A stretch of DNA of 63,845 nucleotides from an uncultured bacterium (GCA_903945195.1 CAJAUT010000019.1:1-63845), one strand, 5' to 3'. Positions 30,086-40,598 are shown, counted from the first letter of the stretch. Program-made: numbers and translations. Notes: generated from the letters alone by a model not told the origin.

Positions 30086-30808
30086 TTAGATCATTAGTTT
30101 CGCGTATACAAAAATCCGTATGGGAGATACCAAATACTTACAGGTATACAGGATCAAATCACTCGAATAATCGCTAATTGCAGTCCCCTCTTCTAGCTTT
30201 GTCACTTTGTATTTATATCTGTGCTGATTCCAGACTATCTCCACCTCATCTCCTGGCTTTAAATCAGGGAGTTTATAAAAGGAATTCTTGAGTCTATACG
30301 TTTGAGTCCAATCAATGTAGCCAAATCTATGAGCTGCCAAGATAACCGGTCTACCAGAACTTGGAATAGCCAGATCTGGAGTAGCAAAATCACTAGTTCT
30401 CCACACTCCTTTTTTTAGAGCTTTTTCATAATTTTCAACTTCTGCTTCCCAGATGATCGTATTCACCCCTATCTTTGGGATACTCAGAAAGTGTCCATCT
30501 GGAAGCGAGACATCTCTTGAGATTTCTACAGTCGAAACTTTCTCCGTAGCTATTTGCTCACTAGCTTTGGCTTCTCTTGTAATACTTTTGCTCGTTTCTT
30601 GAAGCGATTTCCCAAGTGTGCCAGATGTCCCTGGTAGCACCGTATAGTAAAGATAGAGTCCCACTGGGTAACTAGATAGGATTGCAAACACACTCCAGAG
30701 AGTAAAAGCCATCCCCGCGAAGATCGCCGCCAGAGTAGAAGGCCCTCTTTTATACAAAATCTGATATTTCTTCTGACGTCTTCGTTTCCAGGTGGCAAAA
30801 TAACTCAT
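30086..30808 (-). CDS. Sortase
   Basis: LSIPKIG, LAAHR, LILYTC and RIFV (His-Cys-Arg triad); N-terminal TM. Confidence 0.88.
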   Translation of the reverse strand: MSYFATWKRRRQKKYQILYKRGPSTLAAIFAGMAFTLWSVFAILSSYPVGLYLYYTVLPGTSGTLGKSLQETSKSITREAKASEQIATEKVSTVEISRDVSLPDGHFLSIPKIGVNTIIWEAEVENYEKALKKGVWRTSDFATPDLAIPSSGRPVILAAHRFGYIDWTQTYRLKNSFYKLPDLKPGDEVEIVWNQHRYKYKVTKLEEGTAISDYSSDLILYTCKYLVSPIRIFVYAKLMI

Positions 30809-30817
30809 GTCTATATG

Positions 30818-31927
30818 TTACACGATCTCGTGCTTTTTGAGAGCTTCTATCACCTTATCATGCACTTTCTCTATAGAGAGCAGCTTACCTTTGGAGTCGA
30901 CACACTTGATCACTTCCCAGTGCTTATTCTTTTTAGCTAGTTCCAGGTATAGTGACAGGACCTCTTTTTGGTAAGCCACATTGGCTTCGTTTATATCCTT
31001 TTTCTTGCCTGCTACATAGTCTCGACTAGCTTTTTGATCTATCAGTTTCTGACTGATCTCTACAGGCACATAGAGAAATAGCACTAGATCCTCTTTTGGT
31101 AGTTTGTGTTCTTTGTACTCCATGTCATAAAGCCATTTGATAAACTCTTCTCTTTTTTCTTTATCCACCCGAGCAGTCTGGAAAGCCATAGAACTAGTGG
31201 TATACCTGTTTGCCACCACCGTATTGCCTTCTTCTAGCCAGTCCACTATCTCATCACGTGCCGTCAGACGATCCATAGCGTAGAAAAGAGATGTCAGATA
31301 AGGACTCGAGCTTTCTAAACTGCCAAACTCACCAGATAGGTAGCGGCCCACCATCTGACCATGGAACGAGGTGTAATATCGAGGGAAATCTATATATTTA
31401 TTGCGGATATTGTTTGAGTCTAGGTATTTTAGCAGTAGCTCTGTCTGGGTACCTTTTCCAGATCCATCAGTCCCATCTATCACCACTAGCTTGCCCTTGC
31501 GCTTCGCCATCGAGACAAAATAGTCCATGTTTTTCTTGAGGACGGTCTTGATATTGCCCTTACTATAATGAGCTACGTACAATTCTGGATGACCTTCAAT
31601 CATCATGGGTAGTGGCATCGCAGCCTCTTTGTAATAAAGGGCTAAGACTTGTTTACCATGATTCAATGCATATTCAATAAGGAATGCTGTTCCCCAACTT
31701 GGCTTTGTAACCTCAGCAATCATAAAATCAGCTTGATCTATCAAGATGGTTTCTCTTTTATACAAACTTTTCGCCGACAATCCATCTCCAAGTTCTGTAT
31801 CAGGATCTATCACATGAGGATTTACTATAGAGTGTCCTAGCTTCTCCAAATTTGCTACAACTTCCTGATATAGAGGAAGTAATGATCTATCAAATTGAAA
31901 AGACGCACCAAAATATGCTTTCATCAC
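30818..31927 (-). CDS. tmk: Thymidylate kinase fused to an N-terminal NDT-like domain
   Basis: C-terminal IDGTDGSGKGTQ, FPRY and NRY; N-terminal ADFMIAEVTKPSWG...YAL..GKQV. Confidence 0.82.
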   Translation of the reverse strand: MMKAYFGASFQFDRSLLPLYQEVVANLEKLGHSIVNPHVIDPDTELGDGLSAKSLYKRETILIDQADFMIAEVTKPSWGTAFLIEYALNHGKQVLALYYKEAAMPLPMMIEGHPELYVAHYSKGNIKTVLKKNMDYFVSMAKRKGKLVVIDGTDGSGKGTQTELLLKYLDSNNIRNKYIDFPRYYTSFHGQMVGRYLSGEFGSLESSSPYLTSLFYAMDRLTARDEIVDWLEEGNTVVANRYTTSSMAFQTARVDKEKREEFIKWLYDMEYKEHKLPKEDLVLFLYVPVEISQKLIDQKASRDYVAGKKKDINEANVAYQKEVLSLYLELAKKNKHWEVIKCVDSKGKLLSIEKVHDKVIEALKKHEIV

Positions 31928-31969
31928 AATATAGTACTATTATCACCAGATACTAGCAACCAAATCAAT

Positions 31970-33076
31970 CTATATCGGAAAACCACCTTTTGCCGCCCCG
32001 CTACCCCACAACTGCATAGCTTTACGCTGGCTCGGTGGTAGGTTTCGTACAAGGATACTATTTGACCAATCCGCGTGGTATGGACTCATAGGACTCACGA
32101 CCTCTCGTTCCCTCATCTTGGATTTTTGCCAATAATCCGCATCATTCACACTTAATCCATATCTCCAGGGATGATAACGGAAAAATTCAGGTTTTTGCCA
32201 AGTATAATTCACTCCAGGGGAAAAAATGCCTTCCGTACGAGATGGCCGCATAACCATTTGTTTGCGTTTTAAGATATATCCCATCCTTTCAGTCATAAAC
32301 GACTCAAACTCCTCCATATCCAAATGCTGTGATAATCGCTCAAATCGAGAACTAGGATGACCGATACTATTTGCCCAATACTCCGCCTTCAACTCACGGG
32401 GATCGCTTCCCCAATCATATCTCTCCTTACTTTTACCTGGTCTTCCTACAGCAAATGCTCTATATGGCAAATGCATATCTCGACTATTAAATGCCAAGAA
32501 ATTATTCAAATATCTCTGTCTCCATCGCTCAGCGCTTGTTGTTAATTCCTCCCTACTATTTGGACAACCAACTAACTCTTCGTAGACTCGATCCCCCGCC
32601 AAATACAAAGAGGTGAAGATACTTCCTAAAGGTTTTAGTGTCACATCAGCAGATTCAAGTGCATTTTGCCAACTTTTGTCCAACAAACTGTTTAAAGTTG
32701 CCTGAAACAATACTCCTTGCACAAGTTCTATCATCCCAGGAGCCAACCAAAACCATTCTCCACTACCAAAAACTGTAGCATCAGTAACCTCAGCAAAAAG
32801 ACCAAGTTTTTTCAAAGTATATACCGCTGCCTCGTTAATGTCAGTAGCCATCGGGGTAATACGATTTTGTCTCATTTCTAAGGATTTTCGCGAATTACCA
32901 CCCGAACCAGCATCAATCACTATTCCTCTATCACCAAATACGGGATGAGGAGGCAACGCTTCAACCATCCACTCTATCGGAAAATCAGAGGTAGATAAGA
33001 TATCGGAAACTGGCATTTTTTCCCATATTCTACGTTCCAATAAAGCTGGATCATGTTCCTGTACACCTAACCCCAT
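31970..33076 (-). CDS. Putative class I SAM-dependent methyltransferase domain protein
   Basis: VIDAGSGG (motif I), ATDIN and DAT. Confidence 0.5.
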   Translation of the reverse strand: MGLGVQEHDPALLERRIWEKMPVSDILSTSDFPIEWMVEALPPHPVFGDRGIVIDAGSGGNSRKSLEMRQNRITPMATDINEAAVYTLKKLGLFAEVTDATVFGSGEWFWLAPGMIELVQGVLFQATLNSLLDKSWQNALESADVTLKPLGSIFTSLYLAGDRVYEELVGCPNSREELTTSAERWRQRYLNNFLAFNSRDMHLPYRAFAVGRPGKSKERYDWGSDPRELKAEYWANSIGHPSSRFERLSQHLDMEEFESFMTERMGYILKRKQMVMRPSRTEGIFSPGVNYTWQKPEFFRYHPWRYGLSVNDADYWQKSKMREREVVSPMSPYHADWSNSILVRNLPPSQRKAMQLWGSGAAKGGFPI

Positions 33077-33103
33077 AACTGTAATTTTTCTACCGAGTTA
33101 AAA

Positions 33104-33742
33104 CTAGACCAATAATAGTCCTATATCATACACCGTCTGACAACTAGCATCTGACTTGTCGCTCTCCCCACCCACAAATATCGTCTGCATACCCACCGCT
33201 TTTGCCCCCTCTATATCTATATCCTCCCTATCCCCTACGTAGACTATCTCCTGTGGATTCATCTCTAGGCTCTCTATGGCCGCTAGAAAAGGCTGGGGAT
33301 CAGGCTTTACCCATCCCTGGTCATAACAGTATATTCTGGGGTCAAAATCATGGTAGTCTAGCCCCAGGTGAGTCATTTTGCGCTCTACCTGACTCCCACT
33401 ACCATTTGTTATCACAAACAATCTATACTTCTTTTTCAGTTCTGACATCATTTTAACTAGTTTGAGGTCTTTTGACACGTATTTATGTATTTCGACCTGG
33501 TCCCATACACTTTGAAATATTTTCTCCCCTTCAAGTCCAAAAGAGTTCAGAGTCATAGTGTTACTACGATACATCTCTCTACGCTTCAAGTATTCCTCGA
33601 CTATCTCATCTGGATCTTGGGAAAGTGCCTTGGCTGCTTTTTGGATAAGTATCTTGCCTATCTGCTGAGACATTGCTTCTGGCGCATGATAAAGGGTGCC
33701 ATCCACATCAAATCCGATTGCCCGTATGTTTTGAAAGCTCAT
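33104..33742 (-). CDS. HAD family hydrolase
   Basis: FDVDGTLY, ITNG, KP and VGDREDID motifs. Confidence 0.9.
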   Translation of the reverse strand: MSFQNIRAIGFDVDGTLYHAPEAMSQQIGKILIQKAAKALSQDPDEIVEEYLKRREMYRSNTMTLNSFGLEGEKIFQSVWDQVEIHKYVSKDLKLVKMMSELKKKYRLFVITNGSGSQVERKMTHLGLDYHDFDPRIYCYDQGWVKPDPQPFLAAIESLEMNPQEIVYVGDREDIDIEGAKAVGMQTIFVGGESDKSDASCQTVYDIGLLLV

Positions 33743-33769
33743 GCTGATAGTTTAACACTCTTCAAGCTC

Positions 33770-34393
33770 TTAAAACGATCTCCTTTTATAAGTAATAGGG
33801 ACCACAATCCCAGCCCCAAAAAACCACTTCCCAGTCCGCAAAGAAGCATCATACCAAAGTGATTGAAGCTCAGATTTATGGATCCGCGATGATCCATCAT
33901 ATGCACTCTCACCAAGTAAAATGTATCCTCGACTATCTATGGCAAACGCCATTGCATAATGCCCAGCATCCCCAGATAGCTTCTCCTCTACAGTACACTC
34001 AGGCTCCTGATAATCTATGATCACTGCGTGGTTGCCTCCATGCAATATTTGTCCCAAATATCCAACGGTCATATTTTCAAAGAGATAACTCAGTATACCC
34101 ATGTTTGTCATGCCTCTAGACATTTGATCAGGATCCACTCCTGCATATGTCACCCCGATTTCCCTACTTACTCTATCCTCATCGAGCTCTATTCCTTGCA
34201 GTCTCCCGGCTGTAATTACTTGTGAAACACTACAATTATAGTCAGTAGATTGAGTTTCCACTTTGTACAAACCAGATGCGTACTTCGCAGGCAATCTCCA
34301 CTGGCGGTAGTGTTCATCTGAAACAGGGGGCTTATCTACTATTTGCTGCACTCTCCACAACCCTAAATTATTAGCTTGTTCTACTTGAAACAT
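33770..34393 (-). CDS. C39-like papain-fold peptidase domain protein
   Basis: Q-x5-C (QSTDYNC) and GHY motifs. Confidence 0.55.
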   Translation of the reverse strand: MFQVEQANNLGLWRVQQIVDKPPVSDEHYRQWRLPAKYASGLYKVETQSTDYNCSVSQVITAGRLQGIELDEDRVSREIGVTYAGVDPDQMSRGMTNMGILSYLFENMTVGYLGQILHGGNHAVIIDYQEPECTVEEKLSGDAGHYAMAFAIDSRGYILLGESAYDGSSRIHKSELQSLWYDASLRTGKWFFGAGIVVPITYKRRSF

Positions 34394-34414
34394 CTAAAAA
34401 TCATATCAAACCTG

Positions 34415-36592
34415 TCAACCGCACACACTATATCCGCACCCATAACACTTCTTACACCCTTCTTCTAGCGCCAGCTTATTTCCACACTCAGGGCAGCTTT
34501 CCTTACTCTGATTCTCTGGCTTTCTGGTCCTCTGATTTTCTGAGTTATCTGGTTGTCTGATCACTTTATTGGCTGATTGTCCGATATTGAGCACCTGCTC
34601 TCCCCTACTCTTGTCTCTATATACCGTGATCCCCTTACATTTTAGCTCTGCTGCCATCATGTAGGCACTCATCACATCTTCTACCGTTGCATCACTTGGC
34701 AGATTGATAGTTTTAGACACTGCATTATCTGTATACTTTTGGAAAGCTGCAAGCATCTCCACGTGAGTCTCTGGTTTTATATCCATCGCCGTCACAAACA
34801 CTTTGCGTATTTTTTCTGGGATTACTGTTACCCCCATTACACTCCCTGTACGAGCTATCTCGTCCATGAGGTCGCTGGAATAAAGTCCATTGACATGTTT
34901 GATCGCTTTTACTAGATCGCTGTTTACTTCTGGCAGGTTGTATTGCCCCATAGATTTGCGGAAATATGCCAGTGCAAAATGTGGCTCTATTCCTGAGCTT
35001 GCCCCAGCCATCATCGAGATCGTACCAGTAGGCGCGATCGTGATCACAGTCGCGTTGCGGAAGTGTTTGTAGCCCTTTTTCTGCCACAGACTGCCTTTAA
35101 AGTTGGGGAAGTTCCCTTTTTCTTTACCTAGCTTCTCACTCTCTTCATGACCGATCTTTTGGATAAATTTCATCACTTCTTCTGCTAGTTTGAGAGCATC
35201 TTTAGAATCATAAGCCACATGTAGTTTCACGAGCATATCTGCCCATCCCATGACCCCAAGCCCAATCTTGCGATTGCCATGAACTGTATCAGCTACTTTT
35301 TTAAGAGGATATTCACACACTGATACCACATCATCTAGCATGCGCACCGCGATCCTTACTGTTTCTTCTAGTTTTTTGTAGTCAACTTTACTATCACCGT
35401 TTGTCCCTGCCACATGAGTTGCCAAATTGATCGAACCAAGGTTGCAAGCTTCATAAGAAAGTAGTGGCTGCTCGCCGCACAGATTTACTGTCTCAAGTGG
35501 CCCTACGTGTGGAGTAGGATTGTATTTTTCTATCTCATCGATAAAGATCAGTCCTGGGTCACCATTTTTCCAGGCCATCCGAGCTGCCTCTTCCATCAAA
35601 CCCCTAGCAGAGACTCGACTAGTCACCTTGCCAGTCCTTGGGTTTATCAGCTCCCACTCAGCATTTTTCTTGACTGCTTCGATAAATTTGTTTGTGACAG
35701 AAATCGAGATATTTATGTGAGGGAAATTGTTGCCAGATTCTTTGCAGTGGATAAAGTCTATGATGTCAGGGTGTGTGATCGGCATGGTCACCATGTTGCC
35801 ACTACGTCTCTTACCAGCCTGCAAGTAAATGTCTGAGGCATCATTTACCAGTTGCATCAGTGCCACAGGGCCAGCAGCAGCACCTGAAGTCGTTGAGACC
35901 TTGTCTCCCTTGGGGCGGATATGCCCAAAGGTAAATCCTACGGCTCCACCATATTTTTTGAGGATCGAACTTTCTTTGAGCGACTCAAAAATCCCCTCTA
36001 TATCATCGGGCATCGGCATCACAAAACAGTTGGCAAGCTGATTATTTTTTGTACCAGAATTGGCAAGCGTTCTACCTCCTGGGATAAACCTCTGCTCTTT
36101 CATCACGCCTGCAAATTTTTCTAGCCACACTTTACGTGTTTTTACAGGCTCTGCAGTTGCCAAGAATTTGGCTGTACGATCAAACATACCGCCAACAGTC
36201 TCTGCGACTTCCCCTTCTTCATCTCTCAGTAGATACTTTTCCTTGGCCACAGTTAGCGCATTTAGTGTCAGTCCCACATCATCATTTACCCCAAGCGCTC
36301 TCTTACTTGCTTCTACCTGTCTCTTCTTTTCTCTATTTAAAATGTAAGCTTTGGCTGTCTTGTAGTGACCTGACTCAAGTAGTACTCGCTCGACCATATC
36401 GCCAATTTCTGCCGAGGAAACTTTTTTGATACGACCATATTGTTTATCTAGTTTGGTTATCACTTGCTTGGCTAGACTCTGGGCTAGCTTGTCATCTGTC
36501 CCACCTACATCTTGGGCAGCCAAAAATATAGAATCGGCTATCTTTTCTTGCTCTAGTACTTGCTCTTTGTCACTGCGTTTGATTACTTTCAT
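34415..36592 (-). CDS. nrdJ: Adenosylcobalamin-dependent (class II) ribonucleotide reductase with ATP cone
   Basis: N-terminal VIKR cone; LANCF, NLCGEQ, ACNLGS and IAPTGT motifs; C-terminal Cys cluster. Confidence 0.9.
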   Translation of the reverse strand: MKVIKRSDKEQVLEQEKIADSIFLAAQDVGGTDDKLAQSLAKQVITKLDKQYGRIKKVSSAEIGDMVERVLLESGHYKTAKAYILNREKKRQVEASKRALGVNDDVGLTLNALTVAKEKYLLRDEEGEVAETVGGMFDRTAKFLATAEPVKTRKVWLEKFAGVMKEQRFIPGGRTLANSGTKNNQLANCFVMPMPDDIEGIFESLKESSILKKYGGAVGFTFGHIRPKGDKVSTTSGAAAGPVALMQLVNDASDIYLQAGKRRSGNMVTMPITHPDIIDFIHCKESGNNFPHINISISVTNKFIEAVKKNAEWELINPRTGKVTSRVSARGLMEEAARMAWKNGDPGLIFIDEIEKYNPTPHVGPLETVNLCGEQPLLSYEACNLGSINLATHVAGTNGDSKVDYKKLEETVRIAVRMLDDVVSVCEYPLKKVADTVHGNRKIGLGVMGWADMLVKLHVAYDSKDALKLAEEVMKFIQKIGHEESEKLGKEKGNFPNFKGSLWQKKGYKHFRNATVITIAPTGTISMMAGASSGIEPHFALAYFRKSMGQYNLPEVNSDLVKAIKHVNGLYSSDLMDEIARTGSVMGVTVIPEKIRKVFVTAMDIKPETHVEMLAAFQKYTDNAVSKTINLPSDATVEDVMSAYMMAAELKCKGITVYRDKSRGEQVLNIGQSANKVIRQPDNSENQRTRKPENQSKESCPECGNKLALEEGCKKCYGCGYSVCG

Positions 36593-36696
36593 GTGCTCTC
36601 CATCCTATACGAAAAATCCCTAAAGACGCAAGACATCAAAAAAGATCAGCCATACAGAAAACTGTAAATTAAAATTTTTGGTGGACACTAATAAAC

Positions 36697-36837
36697 AATT
36701 TCTGAAAAAGGCACAGGCACATCTCACAGTCAAAAAACATTACGCACCCCGCTATTGCGGGGGAGTTAGAGGCGGCTGGCCACCAGGCCAGAACGCCGTT
36801 TTTTTGCGTGATGGTGTGCCGAGCCTATGAAGAAATT
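36697..36837. repeat. Structured intergenic motif family A, copy 2
   Basis: Homologous to 10451-10588 with compensatory stem changes. Confidence 0.7.
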
Positions 36838-38798
36838 TACTCTGTAGCTTTAGCTGGCAACTTCCACGCCGCCCACTTACAATTAGGATAATTCTCACAC
36901 CCAAAAAACTTCGCACCTTTTTTCGACTTCATCGCCCGCACCCGTCCCCCATCAGTTGGACACACGACGTCTTTGACATACTCTATATAAGGTTTGGTAT
37001 ATTTACAATCTGGATAGGTGGAACAAGATAGGAACTTCCCAAATTTGCCTGTGCGGATCACAATCTCACCTTCTGGACAATCTGGACATTTCTCCCCTGT
37101 CGACTGCACCTGCACCTTGACCCGCTCCCCAGTCTCTTCCACTATTTTCACTTGTGCAGCAAGTGGATCCCAAAATTCACGTACCGTCGGCACCCACAGC
37201 TTTTTACCTTCGGCTATCAGATCTAGATCCTTTTCCATCTTGGCAGTAAATTCATATGCGAATACTTGGCCAAAATTGGTGACGAGGAAGTCTACAACAG
37301 CTTCGCCAATTGCAGTAGGATGAAAAGATTTTTCTTCCTTGACCACGTAACCTCTGTCTTGGATAGTAGAGATGATAGCAGCGTATGTACTAGGCCTACC
37401 TATCCCTCTTTTTTCTAGCTCTTTGATGAGTCCTGCCTCACTATAGCGGGCAGGAGGATTGGTAAATTTCTGCGTTGGATCCACTTTAACCAGTGAAAGT
37501 GGATCATTCACTTTAAGTTCTGGCAAAAATACATCATCAGCCGTCTTGCCTAGTTTTAGGTAACCATCAAAGATCATTCGTTTGCCATCAGCTTTTAGTA
37601 AATATGGTTTACCCTGAGCCTGCCGAAGGGCTTCCACCAAAATACTTGTCTTATCAAACCTAGCATCCGCCATTTGACACTGCAGGAATCTAGAACGGAT
37701 CAAGTCATAAAGTTTTTGATGACGCGAAGTCATACCAGCAGCCGTTAGATCACTCCCCATACGAGTCACATCAGTTGGACGGATCGCTTCATGAGCTTCC
37801 TGTGCGCTAGCCGACTTTGTTTTGTATACTCTTTTTTCAGCAGGTAAATACTCTGCCCCGTATGTTTTGGTCACAAAGTCACGCGCCATCGCGATAGCTT
37901 CATCAGCTAGATTGAAAGAGTCTGTACGGTGATAAGTGATGTATCCATGCTCATATAGTGACTGGGCAATCTGCATAGTCATCTTGGCGCTCCAGGAAAA
38001 TACATTGGATCCTGCTCGCTGGAGCAAAGAGGTGGTAAAAGGAGGAAATGGAGAACTATGCTGTTCTACTTGCTCTATATCACTGACTTTGTAACTTGCA
38101 GTTTGAAGATCCGAAATGATAGTTTTAGCTAGCTCACCATTTGAGATCTTCGCTGGCTTACCATCTATTTTGTATAGTTGTACTCTAAGCTCTTCTTTAG
38201 CTTTCAAATCTACAAAAATCTCCCAGTATTCTTCTGGCACAAAAGCCCTGATCTCTCGTTCTTTATCCACTATCAGTCGCACCGCCACCGATTGCACGCG
38301 TCCAGCCGATAGTCCTCTACGCACCTTTTTCCATAGCACTGGCGAAAGCGTATAGCCTACGAGTCTATCTAGCACGCGCCTAGCTTGCTGAGCATTGACC
38401 ATCGGCATGTTTACTTCACCTGGATGCTTTAGAGCTTCTTCGATCGCAGTTTTGGTGATTTCGTGAAAGGTGACGCGTTTAAAAATCTTTTTCTTGTCAG
38501 TGCCAAGTAGATACTGCACGTGATACGAGATGGCTTCTCCCTCGCGGTCAGGGTCAGTAGCCAGATACACGACATCTGCATCTTTGGCTAGTTTTTTCAG
38601 CATCGCCACCTGCGCTTTCTTATTTGAAAGTACTTGGTAGTTGGGCTCAAAGTCATGGTCGATGTCGATTGCTAGTCCCCCGCCTTTTTCTGGCAGGTCG
38701 CGCACATGCCCCATCGAAGCCTCGATTTTGTACTTACCGCCAAGGAATTTGGTCAGTGTTTTCGCTTTGGTTGGTGACTCGACTATTACTAAATCCAT
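36837..38798 (-). CDS. topA: DNA topoisomerase I
   Basis: IVESPTK, ATDPDREGE, SAGRVQ, ITYHRTD and C-terminal zinc ribbons. Confidence 0.97.
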   Translation of the reverse strand: MDLVIVESPTKAKTLTKFLGGKYKIEASMGHVRDLPEKGGGLAIDIDHDFEPNYQVLSNKKAQVAMLKKLAKDADVVYLATDPDREGEAISYHVQYLLGTDKKKIFKRVTFHEITKTAIEEALKHPGEVNMPMVNAQQARRVLDRLVGYTLSPVLWKKVRRGLSAGRVQSVAVRLIVDKEREIRAFVPEEYWEIFVDLKAKEELRVQLYKIDGKPAKISNGELAKTIISDLQTASYKVSDIEQVEQHSSPFPPFTTSLLQRAGSNVFSWSAKMTMQIAQSLYEHGYITYHRTDSFNLADEAIAMARDFVTKTYGAEYLPAEKRVYKTKSASAQEAHEAIRPTDVTRMGSDLTAAGMTSRHQKLYDLIRSRFLQCQMADARFDKTSILVEALRQAQGKPYLLKADGKRMIFDGYLKLGKTADDVFLPELKVNDPLSLVKVDPTQKFTNPPARYSEAGLIKELEKRGIGRPSTYAAIISTIQDRGYVVKEEKSFHPTAIGEAVVDFLVTNFGQVFAYEFTAKMEKDLDLIAEGKKLWVPTVREFWDPLAAQVKIVEETGERVKVQVQSTGEKCPDCPEGEIVIRTGKFGKFLSCSTYPDCKYTKPYIEYVKDVVCPTDGGRVRAMKSKKGAKFFGCENYPNCKWAAWKLPAKATE

Positions 38799-38803
38799 AC
38801 GTA

Positions 38804-39343
38804 TTAGGATACCACACGCATCAGTTCATCTACGATTTTGGCAATCACTTCATCTACAATTTTGCGCTCTATATCAGTAAAATCTTGCAAGCTATATACT
38901 ACTCCAGGGATCCCCCCATTACCCCTCACTTCTCTATTTTCTACTCCCACCCGGACGTTGGTGTACTGATCCGTCCCAATTTTTTCTATTACCGAACTGA
39001 GTCCATTGTGAACCTTGGGCCCTTTGCCCTTAGCAATTTTGTAGCTACCTAGTGCAATATCTAAATCATCATGAATGATGTAAATATCTATAGGGTCAAT
39101 TTTGTAAAAATTTGCGATTGCCGCCACCGCCACCCCACTATCATTCATGAAAGTTTGTGGCTTGGCTAGAATATATTCTTTGGTCTGAATCATCTCAGCA
39201 TTAAATTTCTTATTACTGGAAAACTGGATCACTGGAGTACTGGAGCACTCTTTAGCCAAAGCATCCACCACCATAAACCCGACGTTGTGCCTGTTTTTGC
39301 TATATTTTTCTCCTGGATTCCCTAGACCTACAATCAGCTTCAT
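38804..39343 (-). CDS. pth: Peptidyl-tRNA hydrolase
   Basis: MKLIVGLGNPG, RHNVG, KPQTFMN, HDDLD and HNGL; the true start is ATG 39343. Confidence 0.95.
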   Translation of the reverse strand: MKLIVGLGNPGEKYSKNRHNVGFMVVDALAKECSSTPVIQFSSNKKFNAEMIQTKEYILAKPQTFMNDSGVAVAAIANFYKIDPIDIYIIHDDLDIALGSYKIAKGKGPKVHNGLSSVIEKIGTDQYTNVRVGVENREVRGNGGIPGVVYSLQDFTDIERKIVDEVIAKIVDELMRVVS

Positions 39344-39396
39344 GTAAGAATTGTACCATTCTATCGAGAAGACTCCTCTATAAAAACCATATAAAA

Positions 39397-39486
39397 GCTG
39401 ATTGGAAAATAATTTTAAACCCGCAACCATCCATCTGGGTAGCCAGATGACGATGTGAGGATTGCAAAATTGATTTTACAATCAGC
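39397..39486. repeat. Structured intergenic motif family B, copy 2
   Basis: Core 39422-39459; outer stem gctgattg/caatcagc. Confidence 0.75.
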
Positions 39487-40072
39487 CTAGTGAAAATTTT
39501 AACTGCTCGATCAAATCCTCTGGACTATAGACTGGTATCCCCCCATTTCTTATTATCTCCACAGACCCATGATAACTAGCCAAATTCACTGGCCCCGGCA
39601 CCACATATACATTTATACCTTCCTCAGCCGCTCCGGATACCGTAATTTTTACCCCGCTTTTCTTTGGGCATTCCATGACCAGTATGGCTTGCGACAAATG
39701 TGCCATAAGCCTATCACGAGCCCGGAATTTATCAGGTGTAGGGGGCACCCCGTTTTCATATTCGCTCACCAGCAGTCCTCCACTATCCAAGATTCTTTGT
39801 TTCAAACCTAGGTTTTCCGGTGGATAACATTTATCTACCCCGTGCCCCAGCACTGCGAGGGTCCGACCCTTAAAGTCCAGCGCGGTTTCATGCGCCACAG
39901 TGTCTATTCCCCTAGCTAGGCCTGACACTATGCACCAGTTTTCACTCACCAATTTCTTTACAAATATCTTTGTCATCTCCCTGCCGTACTCACTCATGAT
40001 CCTCGTCCCCACCACCGCAATGCGTTTCATCTCTAGACACTTTTGATTCCCCAGTAAATACAAATCGCTCAC
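39482..40072 (-). CDS. dprA: DNA-processing protein DprA (Rossmann core only)
   Basis: AVVGTR, VSGLARGID..AH, SEY and VPG; probable GTG start at 40072 after TATTAT-N6. Confidence 0.88.
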   Translation of the reverse strand: MSDLYLLGNQKCLEMKRIAVVGTRIMSEYGREMTKIFVKKLVSENWCIVSGLARGIDTVAHETALDFKGRTLAVLGHGVDKCYPPENLGLKQRILDSGGLLVSEYENGVPPTPDKFRARDRLMAHLSQAILVMECPKKSGVKITVSGAAEEGINVYVVPGPVNLASYHGSVEIIRNGGIPVYSPEDLIEQLKFSLG

Positions 40073-40087
40073 AGCTATATAATACAC

Positions 40088-40129
40088 AAACACCCTCCTC
40101 GATGTTTCTGCATAACGAGGAGGGTGTTT
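40088..40129. terminator. 14-bp perfect hairpin, probable terminator
   Basis: aaacaccctcctcg / cgaggagggtgttt, just after the stop at 40139. Confidence 0.65.
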
Positions 40130-40138
40130 AAAATACTA

Positions 40139-40306
40139 TCATTGCTGAATACCTCTCGAATTTGATTCGGTAGAGTTAGGCGCATCTTCGATCTTAGCTA
40201 ATGCATCGATAAATGCTTTAGCTCTAGCTTTGGCAAAGTACTCAACGGTATCAGGATTTGGTTCTGTAGCCAATCCAGAAACAGGACCTTCTGGCTTTGC
40301 TGTCAT
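40139..40306 (-). CDS. Hypothetical 55-aa protein
   Basis: Perfect AAGGAGGTGA SD before ATG 40306. Confidence 0.55.
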   Translation of the reverse strand: MTAKPEGPVSGLATEPNPDTVEYFAKARAKAFIDALAKIEDAPNSTESNSRGIQQ

Positions 40307-40340
40307 AAATCTCACCTCCTTTCGAATATATATTCGAGTA

Positions 40341-40586
40341 TTATCTTTCCTGTTCTCCACATCTTCCGACATGGTTTTTTGCATCTACCCATCCAGAAAA
40401 TGGCCAAATTCTAGCCATAATTGGACACTCACTTGCTACAATTTGCCCAGCCACCAAAATGTTCAATCCAGATCTATCACCTTCTTCATTATCTGTAATA
40501 GCTGGAGCACACTCTTTTCGGAAATGGCAATCACCTTGGCAATACTTGCCCGCTAATCTAGATGTAGTAAAAAATTTAACTGTCAT
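40341..40586 (-). CDS. Cys-rich hypothetical protein
   Basis: CxxxCHxxxxC...C...C pattern; directly follows the attenuator terminator. Confidence 0.5.
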   Translation of the reverse strand: MTVKFFTTSRLAGKYCQGDCHFRKECAPAITDNEEGDRSGLNILVAGQIVASECPIMARIWPFSGWVDAKNHVGRCGEQER

Positions 40587-40598
40587 ATTTTATTCCAT

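Noticed and set aside
36600..36837. Cobalamin riboswitch or NrdR boxes upstream of nrdJ
   Set aside because: No B12-box or clear NrdR palindrome was seen; the structure belongs to motif A, also found at recR.
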